A DNA stretch of 64,000 nucleotides from Octopus vulgaris (Eukaryota), in contig OX597814.1 in assembly GCA_951406725.2 (NCBI GenBank), forward strand, positions 196,664,001 through 196,728,000, written 5' to 3'. A program made the translations under genes and the position numbers. The notes below the pieces were generated by a model. It was not told the origin of the DNA, did not search any database, and saw only the letters and a list, made by a program, of their open reading frames with translations. Below are positions 54,523-64,000 of this stretch, in pieces; position 1 is the stretch's first letter; each line of letters opens with the position of its first letter.

Positions 54523-54755
54523 TATTTCTTTATTGCCCACAAGGGGCTAAACATAGATGGGACAAACAAGGACAGACAAAGGGATTAAGTCGATTACATC
54601 AACCCCAGTGCGTAACTGGTAATTAATTTATCGACGCCGAAATGATGAAAAGCAAATTCAACCTCGGCGGAATTTGAACTCACAACGTAACGGCAGACGA
54701 AATAAGGCTACGCATTGCGCCCGTCGTGCTAACGTTTCTGCCAGCTCACCGCCTT
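54523..54755 (-). mobile_element. Family A SINE
   Basis: Consensus match; apparent TSD ATATTC(A/G)TAAT. Confidence 0.9.
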
Positions 54756-55099
54756 AGAATATTCGTAATGTAATAACATGCGTTCAATGGCAGGCTTTAA
54801 GATCTAACTTTTGCATAAGTAAAAATGTCAGTCTTCAAAATGTATAATTTTGCAGCAATCACATGCTGAAATATATAATGATTTGTAACACGCTTAAATC
54901 CGATCATAAAAAATAAATAAAAACTTATATAAGAGACAAACGATTAAAGCAGAAATAGATAGACATGGATGAGAGTATTTAACCGTAGGTTTGGTTGAAA
55001 AGAAACACTCAGGAATTAAAGAACAACAATAATTAAACCTAAATTATTCTTGCAGCTTGAGAGAAATTACGAGTAGCAACAACGTTGCATTAAGTTCGT

Positions 55100-55482
55100 A
55101 TTGTTTCAGTCATTTGACTGTATTTTACTTGTTTCAGTCATTTGACTGTGGCCATGCTGGAGTACCGGTTTTAGTCGAGCAGATCGACCCTAGGACTTGT
55201 TGTTTGTAAGCCTAGTATTTATTCTATCGGTTTCTTTTGCCGAACCGCTAAGTTACGGGGGCATAAACACACCAGCATCGGTTGTCAAGCGATGTTAGGT
55301 GGACAAACACAGACACGCAAAAACACACACACATATATATATATACATATATACGACGGGCTTCTTTCTGTTTCCGTCTACCAAATCCACTCACAAGGCT
55401 TGGGTCGGCCCGAGGCTAGAGTAGAAGACACTTGCCCAAGTTGCCACGCAATGGGACTGAACCCAGAACCATGTGGTTGCGC
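55100..55482 (-). mobile_element. Family B SINE; a separate head fragment lies at 55827-55910
   Basis: Consensus match. Confidence 0.85.
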
Positions 55483-55907
55483 CTGTTATGTATATTCGAT
55501 TTTACGTGTGTGTCTGCACGCGTGCAGGAAATATATGTACTTTTCATGAAGTATAGGCGTCTTATGTTTGAAATTTTAATGAGATCAACGTACCGCAGCT
55601 TAGAAACACCAGAATTGAAAGGGAATTTTTGTTTAAAGTTTCCTTGTTACAATTACATATAAGTTCCTTTGTACATCTTTCTCCGTCTGTCTTCCGCCTG
55701 CTATTACAAATTAGCGTGACATATGAATACACAACGAAGTTTATTACGGTGCATATATCTATATTGATATATATCAAGAGAAAAGAGATGTAACTAAATG
55801 GAGTTTATCTACATCTACTTAGTTTAGCCCAAGATGCCACACAGTGGGACTGAACCCGGAACCATGTGGTTGGTAAACAAGCTACTTACCACACAGCCAC
55901 TCCTGCG

Positions 55908-55974
<67 letters not shown>

Positions 55975-55977
<3 letters not shown>

Positions 55978-56282
55978 CGTGATCACCGTGACTGACCAGG
56001 CTATCAGGTGTTGTTACACACCGCTGGTCACAACGCGCTTCGCATTGATTTAGCCTTCAAATGACGCCACCCCGCTGGCTAAGCGACCAGGCCAACAGAA
56101 GAAAGAGTGAGAGAAACTTGTGGCGAAAGAATACAGCAGGGATTACCAGCACCCCCTACCGGAGTCTCTTGGAGTTTTAGGTGTTTCCGCTTAATAAACA
56201 CTCACAACGCCCCGTCTGGGAATCGAAACCGCGATCCTACAACCGCGAATCCGCTGCCCTAACCACTGGGCCAGTGCGCCTC

Positions 56283-56285
<3 letters not shown>
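55975..56285 (-). mobile_element. Family D SINE with tail type iii, ending at (TA)n
   Basis: D head; the tail ends CACGGTGATCACGGTGAT(AT)n. A related tail fragment lies at 46507-46612. Confidence 0.8.
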
Positions 56286-56315
<30 letters not shown>

Positions 56316-57024
56316 TTGTATGTATGTATATGTATATGTATTTGAATCTATGTATGTATGCATGCACGTGTGTGCAGGCGTGTACGTTTGTATGTATACA
56401 TGTTACAAGAGACAAGAATCACTTCCTAACGCATCTTATATTTCATTAATTCTAGTTCCAGAGCTGTGTTTCGTGCTATTCTGCAGATTTAATAAGTGAA
56501 TTAATGATTATACGTTCTCAATCTTCGTGAAATATAAATGAATTAAATTTCTCGGTTCACTACATTAAATATTCTACCTCTCCCTCCCAACTCCTTATTT
56601 TGTCCAGATTACCCCTTTAACTATTTAGTGTTCTCACACCGCAACTTACAGTGAGCCTCTGCATGGCGTTTACCAGTCATCGTACAGTAACTGAAATAGC
56701 ATATGAGAGACAATCTCTTTATACAGTTAGCAGTGTCACCTGCCTAGTGTCTGTGACCGAAGAGGGGACGACTGCGAAATGTTGGCATCTCACAGTCTAG
56801 GTAGGCGGCATTTCGAACTGATCTAGGTGTATTCATACCATTTGTCTACAGCAAGAAATCTTCTCCATCACAAAACACAGTGAATGACTTGTTTCTGAGT
56901 TCGAACCTGCCTCGAGCATATTCGAACTAATAACAAAATTCCAGTTATATTATTTTAAAAGAAACTGTTATGCGATTGGTGCAAAACACTTCTGTTTTCT
57001 GTAGATAGCAAACAAGAAAATATA

Positions 57025-57212
57025 TAGATCGCTAGCCGCTACACATTCTTTATTTTCTCTCCTTGTTTCTTTCTAAGTTCTTTTCTGTGAAAGAGCGTAG
57101 GCTCGAAATATTAAAGACCTTCTCAATTCCCGAGCATTAAAGTAATACATTTGTTTGTTGTCTACACCATCTATCTTCGTCTTTTGTTTGTATTTTTGGT
57201 TTGTGAATTCTC

Positions 57213-57216
<4 letters not shown>
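57025..57216 (+). mobile_element. (TA)n-abutting Penelope-like pLTR remnant with a variant hammerhead at 57079-57118
   Basis: TCTTTT-CTGTGAAA-GAGC-GTAG-GCTC-GAAA-TA-TT-AAAGA; homologous to 60782-60992. Confidence 0.55.
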
Positions 57217-57275
<59 letters not shown>

Positions 57276-57284
57276 TATTTAAAC

Positions 57285-57364
<80 letters not shown>

Positions 57365-57533
57365 TATATAACGGAGAAATTGTACAAAATGTATAAATAG
57401 ATGGGCTGAGTAAGCCACCAGCATAATTTCGATTACTTGTTGTAATCCGTAGATTTATTGCAGGAACTTCGAAGTGGCGGTTGGGGTAACAGTATTAATA
57501 AAATAAGAGATGGCATGTGTAATAGATATTTGG

Positions 57534-57577
57534 GTACAACACATGTTTCGACCCGTTCTGTGTCTCTTCAGGTATGT
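57534..57577 (-). ncRNA. Minimal hammerhead motif, probably inactive
   Basis: ACATAC-CTGAAGA-GAC-ACAGAACGG-GTC-GAAA-CATGT-G: intact core with palindromic ACATGT, but the cleavage triplet reads GUG. Confidence 0.45.
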
Positions 57578-57882
57578 CAATAAAAATTCATTTTAGAGAT
57601 TTCTTGAGTCGGCTTACGTACAGCTATATGTCCATCAAATTCCAGAATGAGTAAAATCAGAAAAAATTTATTGAGACGCAAAAATTCAAATATGAACTTG
57701 GAAATTATACATTCTAGTTTAAAGAAAATGACGTAATCAGCTTCCGTTGTTGTAACTGTTAAGAGAAAGAAAAGGAAGTAGAAGCTAAAAGGAAGGTAAT
57801 ACTTAGACGAATTTTTTTTGTGTTCGTGCTTAGACGCATTATGCAAACATATACATACATACATACATACATACATGCATAT

Positions 57883-57934
<52 letters not shown>

Positions 57935-58558
57935 GCACATATACATACGCGCTCAGACCAGCATATCCAGGTATATGAGCATATACACACAACTACAATC
58001 ATGAGCATACGCACACGTATAGACTAACATATACATATATATATGTATAGGAACATGTATGCACAGGTACACACGTGCATATACACGTAAATATACGTAC
58101 ATGGCATAGATAAATATGTAAATAGATTCGTACGTAAAGCAAGATAGAGACGTCTATGCAAAGTTTGATACACACACGAGTAAATACACTCACGTATACA
58201 CATAAGTAAATATATATACGTATATATATATTCATATATATGCATATATACACATACATATATATATATATACATATATATATATGTATGCATATATATA
58301 CATACATATATATTTATATATACATACATATATATTTATATATACATACATATGCATATATAGCTCAAGGTTACATTTCTTTAGTACCCTGACTGAAGAG
58401 GATATAACTAGGCGGAAAGGCAACTGTGGATCTTATGGAAGACGCCACTGTGCTGATAGTTTTGCATTTAAATACTTACCTGAAGCAAGAAATTTTCTAC
58501 ACAGCAGACACCAGTGAAATGGCCTTTAGAATTACTACTTTGTATATATATGTATGAA

Positions 58559-58851
58559 GTGGAGACACATGGCCTAGTGGTTAGAGCAGCGGATTCGTGG
58601 TCAAGGGATCGCGGGTTCGAATCTCTGACCTGGCAATGTGTGTGTTTATAAGCGAAACACCTAAGCTCCACGCGGCTCTGGGAGAAGTTAATGGCGAACT
58701 TCTGCTGACTCTTTCGACACAACTTTCTTTCCTGCATCTAGCAGTTCACCCGCGACAGATAGGCGTCCCGTCCAGGTGGGGAACTCGTACGCCAAGGAAA
58801 CCGGGAGACCGGCCCTTATGAACCAGGCGTGGCACGGGAGGGAACAGACAA
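58559..58851 (+). mobile_element. Family E SINE, full length
   Basis: A-box TGGCCTAGTGG, B-box GGTTCGAATCT and consensus body. Confidence 0.9.
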
Positions 58852-59133
58852 TATATGTATGCAAACATGTTTATGGCTATTCATATATATATATATAAAT
58901 TAGGAAAAAAACCCACCTTTTATCAATTCAATAATGCAAAATTAAATTATACCATCCAGAAAATTACATATTATAGAAAGATTAAATATAAGATAAAACA
59001 TATAACGAGAATTAAGTAATGTGCAAAATAATAAATATAACGTATATATTTGGTAGAGTAACGACACTTGTTTCTTGGCTATATTTAAGAAATGATAATA
59101 GTAAAAATAATAAGTTTGGAATAATATTCCCTC

Positions 59134-59202
<69 letters not shown>

Positions 59203-59203
<1 letters not shown>

Positions 59204-59918
59204 CTCGCTAAAAGATGATTAGACGACTCGCTAAAAGATGATTAGAAACCAATTGGTCCAGGAAGCTAGATGGTAAATGTTTTTCATTTCAAAATTTATT
59301 CCTGTCGAATTTTATCCCGAATTTTTTGTGGTCATAGAACTTAGCTATTCTTTCTAATGCGTAGAATCCCTATAAGTGGATTTTCTATGTGTTTAAATAT
59401 ACACTATATCGTATGACTAATATATAGTCTCTTTGACTAAAATTTTTTTACACGTTAGGCCACTGGAAATGTAAATTTTAACTGAATGTTTTTAATTTTA
59501 ATTACATTCCATTTCCCTTTGATATGATTAAATACTGTAAGTTTTTGGATAATTTTCGGTTAATAAGTTGGTGGTTTTTTATTGTAGCCAGCGAAAGACT
59601 GCGTCTGCGCAGTAACTTTGAAAAGTTAGTATAAACACGAGACAGGTAGCCTTGTTTGTCTCGTGTAGATATGTTTAATACTAGATTGGACCTGCTGAAG
59701 AAAATCAAACCTTGTAAGTTCTCCATGACTCGCTAAAAGATGATTGGAAACCAATTGGTCCAGGAAACTAGATGGTAATTTTTTTTCATTTCCAAATTTA
59801 TACCTGTCGAATTTTATCCCGAATTTTTTTTGTGGTCATAGAACTTAGCTGTTCTTTCTAATACGTAGAACCCTTATAAGTGGATTCTCAATGTGTTTAA
59901 ATATACACTATATCGTAT
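59203..59918. repeat. (TA)n-flanked insert with a ~190-bp direct repeat at both ends
   Basis: GACTCGCTAAAAGATGATT...TACACTATATCGTAT at 59226-59414 and 59727-59918, diverged at several sites. Confidence 0.8.
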
Positions 59919-59926
59919 ATATATAT

Positions 59927-60080
59927 ACGTCATTTAGCGGTTCGGGAAAAGAGACCGATAGAATAAGTACTGGGCTTACAAAGAATAAGTCCCGGGATCG
60001 AGTTGCTCGACTAAAGGCGGTGCTCCAGCATGGCTGCAGTCAAATGACTGAAACAAGTAAAAGAGTAAAAGAGTAAAAGA

Positions 60081-60081
<1 letters not shown>
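59927..60081 (+). mobile_element. Family B SINE 3' half
   Basis: Consensus match. Confidence 0.85.
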
Positions 60082-60125
<44 letters not shown>

Positions 60126-60781
60126 TATAAATAATTATATAGCTATATAAGTTTGTACATATGTATATATATATGCGTGTATATATGTATATGCATATAC
60201 ACACACACAAACTCACACGCACACACACATACACACGCACACATGTATACAAAATATTTAGCTAGAAGGAGATAAGCGATAGACATTGATGAATCGTTAA
60301 GTGACGAGAGAAGAATAGTCGTCAGTTGAGAATTCGTTGGTTGAGTGGTCACTGGGAAAAATATCAGGAATTCAGATAGAAAGAAAGTGATTATCAATAA
60401 TTGAATAATTAGTGGACGGTTCTTAGATACTATTGTAAATACATTTAAGAGGTTTTAGTCATTTTGTGATAAATGATTTGTTAGATTTTAGAATATTCGT
60501 TTACGGTCCTTGTCATTGAAAGTGTAATATAAATTATGATGAAAGCTTCACCCGTTATACATTATTTTCTGATACGTATGGATTTATAGCATCTATGTCA
60601 GGGAATCTATGTCACACATACACACAAGCTCGCACACACACACACACACACGCATATACACACACGCACACACGCATATACGCACACGCACACGCACGCA
60701 CACATACATATACAAATCCACGTACATACTTATATATTGGTTTCAAATGTTAGCACCAGGAGAAGAGCATATATATATATA

Positions 60782-60992
60782 TAGGGAGAATTCACAAAAG
60801 GAAAAACAAAAGACGAAGACAGGCGGTGTAAACAACAAACAGATGTATTAGTTTAACGCTCGGGAAGTGAATAAGTTTTTAACGTTTCAAGCCTACGCTC
60901 TTCCACAGAAAGGACCACAGAAAGAAACAAGGAGAGAAAATAAAGAATGTGTAGTGGCTAGTGATCTATTATGTCGAATGCCGGACAGGCAT
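60782..60992 (-). mobile_element. (TA)n-flanked Penelope-like pLTR remnant with a variant hammerhead at 60875-60913
   Basis: Minus strand CCTTT-CTGTGGAA-GAGC-GTAG-GCTT-GAAA-CG-TT-AAAAA; homologous to 57025. Confidence 0.55.
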
Positions 60993-61032
60993 GATACATA
61001 CATATATATAAATATATAAATATATATATGTA

Positions 61033-61112
<80 letters not shown>

Positions 61113-61154
61113 TATACATATATACATATATATATTTATATATATATATATATG

Positions 61155-61239
<85 letters not shown>

Positions 61240-61247
61240 ATATATAT

Positions 61248-61424
61248 ACAAAATTTAGAGAACTGACAACTAAAAGTGGACAGCCTATATGCTAGATATA
61301 GACGTCAAATCGCCATTTTCCACGAAGAATGAGTTTTTTGCTGAGTTTTTTCTTGAGAACACATTCTTCGTAGAAAATGACGATTTGACGTCTATATCTA
61401 GCATATAGGCTGTCCACTTTTAGC
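61248..61424. mobile_element. Fold-back insert after (TA)n
   Basis: 62-bp arms at 61270-61331 and 61362-61423 with 2 mismatches. Confidence 0.75.
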
Positions 61425-61485
61425 GTTTACCCTATACCGTTTGACTCTTCCGGACACTAATATCTTTCATACCTATATATATATA

Positions 61486-61522
<37 letters not shown>

Positions 61523-61526
<4 letters not shown>

Positions 61527-61825
61527 GCAGGCGTGGCTGTATGGTAAGTTGCTTGCTTCTCAACCACATGGTTCCGGGTTCAGTCCCACAGTGTGGCACA
61601 TTCGCAAGTGTCTTTTACTTCTAGCCTCAGACCGACCAAAGACTTGTGAGCGGATTTGGGTTAGTGTATTTTCGTTCCTGTAATTTAACTTTACGGCAAT
61701 AACAAACCGGTAGAATAAGTGCTAGGTTTGCAAAGATAAGAACTGAGATCGATTTGTTCGAGTAAAGGCGGTGCTCTAGCATGGCCGCAGTCATATGACT
61801 GAAACATGTATAAGAATAAAACAAT
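61523..61825 (+). mobile_element. Family B SINE, diverged
   Basis: Head and tail match the consensus. Confidence 0.8.
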
Positions 61826-61899
61826 AAAAGTATCTTCTAGATAAGTTATATTTGTCTCATATTGTCTAAAGTCGTAAGACACCTGCTGTTATCGTGTTA

Positions 61900-62170
61900 T
61901 TAACCATTCTTGTTCTTATTTTTGTTTTCGTTTTTTGTATTAATATTCGTCCCTGTTGCGTTTACATTCGTTCCTTTTTCCAAGAAATCTAATGCTCACA
62001 GCTTAGTTTTTCCTTGAGGCTGGCCGCGTTGGAGCAAATATCAGAATTATTCAGCCGAAATTTGCTATGATTATCCGGTTTCTGACTGAAGATTAAAGGC
62101 TTCGAATGACCCGTCTGTTTTCTGTGTTCGTCCCTTTGTGTATTTCACGTTCTTGTTTCTTTATATATAA
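61900..62170 (+). mobile_element. (TA)n-abutting dispersed repeat, homologous to 15172-15500
   Basis: See the 15172 entry. Confidence 0.6.
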
Positions 62171-62187
62171 ATTTTATTCATATATTC

Positions 62188-62266
<79 letters not shown>

Positions 62267-62271
62267 CATAC

Positions 62272-62316
<45 letters not shown>

Positions 62317-62328
62317 TAAATTTATAAA

Positions 62329-62562
62329 TAAGGATAATATCGATATTTTCAAGTGTGCAGCATGGGAAAAAAATACCATACAAAGGTAATAATTTTTTAC
62401 AACTAAAAATAAGGGTGTCTGAGAGACACCACCATGCCGAAATAGCAGTCAAATCCCTGACTCTAAAAACCACGATATGAACATTTAATGTGGTTTTTAG
62501 AGTCAGGGATTTGACTGCTATTTCGGCATGGTGGTGTCTCTCAGACACCCTTATTTTTAGTT
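62329..62562. mobile_element. Fold-back insert with a perfect 73-bp inverted repeat, between (TA)n tracts
   Basis: 62401-62473 is the exact reverse complement of 62490-62562 with a 16-nt spacer; a non-inverted homologue lies at 10682. Confidence 0.8.
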
Positions 62563-62580
62563 ATGTATATATATATACGT

Positions 62581-63198
62581 AGGCGCGGAAGTGGCTGTGT
62601 GGTAAGAAGCTTGCTTCTCAACCATATGACTCCGGGTTGTTGAGTCCCACTGCGTGGCACCTTGAACAGGAGCCTTCTACTATAGCCTCGGGCCGACCAA
62701 AACCTTGTGAGTGGATTTGGTAGACGGAATCTGAAAGAATCTCGTCGTATGTATATGTGCATGTATGTGTAATTGCATATGTGTCTGTGTTTGTCCCCCA
62801 CCATCTCTTGACAACCAATTTTGTCTACGTCCCCGTAACTTGACGGTTCAACAAAGGAGAACGATAGAATAAGTACTAGGCTTACAGAGAATAAGTCCGG
62901 GGTCGATTTGTTCTACTAAAGGCGGTGCTCCAGTATGGCTGCAGTCAAATGACTGATGTGAAAGAATATCAGAATATATATCTGTATTTATATATATATG
63001 TTCATGTGTAGAATATGTAAGCAGTAAGAGTGGCTGTGCGGTAAGTACCTTACTTACTAACAGCATGCTTCCGGGTTCAGTCCCACTCCGTGGCAACTTG
63101 GGCAAGTATCTTCTACTATAGCCTTGGGCCAACCAAAGCCTTGTGAGTAGATTTGGTAAACGGAAACTGAAAGAAACCTGTCGTATATATGTATATAC

Positions 63199-63266
<68 letters not shown>

Positions 63267-63812
63267 ATGTGTTTGTCTGTGTTCTTGTGTTTGTCTCACC
63301 AGCATCGCTTGACAACTGCTGCTAGTGTGCTTACGTCCCCGTAACCTAGCGGTTCGGCAAAGAAGACCGATAGAATGAGTACTAGGCTTACAAAGAATAA
63401 GTCCTGGGGTCGATTTGCTCGACTAAAAGTGGTGTTCCAGCATGGCCTTAGTCAAATGACTGAAACTATAAAAGAGTAAAAGAGTAGATGTGGTTTCATC
63501 AACTAACGTAAAGTAAAACGTGTGTACCATGAATGTTCAGTTGGGTTCATCACTAAATCTCCGGCTAGGACTTAAACTGAACTTGTGGTGTTGAGACTGC
63601 GTATCAGCGACGACTAGAAGAGATATTTCGTTGAACTGGTAGATATAGATTAAAATAAAAACGAAAAAGGAAAATTACTAACCACATGGCTCCGGGTTCA
63701 GTCCCACTGCGTGGCACTTTGGGCAAGTGTCTTCTACTATAGCCTCGGGCTGACCAAAGATTTCTGAGTGGATTTGGTAGACGGAAACTGAAAGAAGCCC
63801 GTCGTATATATG

Positions 63813-63864
<52 letters not shown>

Positions 63865-64000
63865 TGTGTGTGTTTGTGTGTCTGTGTTTGTCCCCTTAGC
63901 ATTGCTTGACAACCGATGCTGGTGTGTTTATGTCCCCGTTACTTAGCGGTTCGGCAAAAGAGACCGATAGAATAAGTACTGGGCTTACAAAAGAATAAGT
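62581..64000 (+). mobile_element. Three successive co-oriented family B SINEs (62581-62955, 63020-63486, 63678 to window end)
   Basis: Each matches the consensus. Confidence 0.9.

Noticed and set aside
56727-56800. Exon-like ACAG|...TAG|GTAGGC segment
   Set aside because: Stops in all frames and no other support.
62415-62455. CTGAGA-GAC...GCC-GAAA-TAGCAG-TC inside the 73-bp inverted repeat as a hammerhead
   Set aside because: The core lacks N7 and stems II and III pair poorly; suggestive only.

Overview
AT-rich, repeat-dense eukaryotic DNA that looks intronic or intergenic. The SINE families and microsatellite load resemble an octopus (coleoid cephalopod) genome; this is an inference from recalled repeat consensus sequences. 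I found no confidently identifiable host protein-coding gene, rRNA, true tRNA gene or CRISPR array, and nearly all ORF-track entries are microsatellite or SINE artefacts. The window holds: (1) dozens of tRNA-headed SINE copies from several modular families, some nested and some concatemeric; (2) four non-autonomous Helitron-like elements sharing one 3' end; (3) deleted Tc1/mariner elements, pogo/Tigger-like MITEs and a hAT remnant; (4) a solo LTR; (5) a stack of R4/Dong-like LINE 3' ends inside an (AAT)n array; (6) short inserts next to (TA)n tracts that carry minimal hammerhead-ribozyme motifs or copy-specific fold-back inversions, best explained as Penelope-like element remnants. A TE-free GC/GCA-rich island at about 24.2-25.3 kb looks like a gene 5' end, possibly overlapped by a spliced antisense transcript (speculative). 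I cannot claim a wholly new system. The best leads are the variant hammerheads, the fold-back inserts and a recurrent self-complementary SINE concatemer junction.
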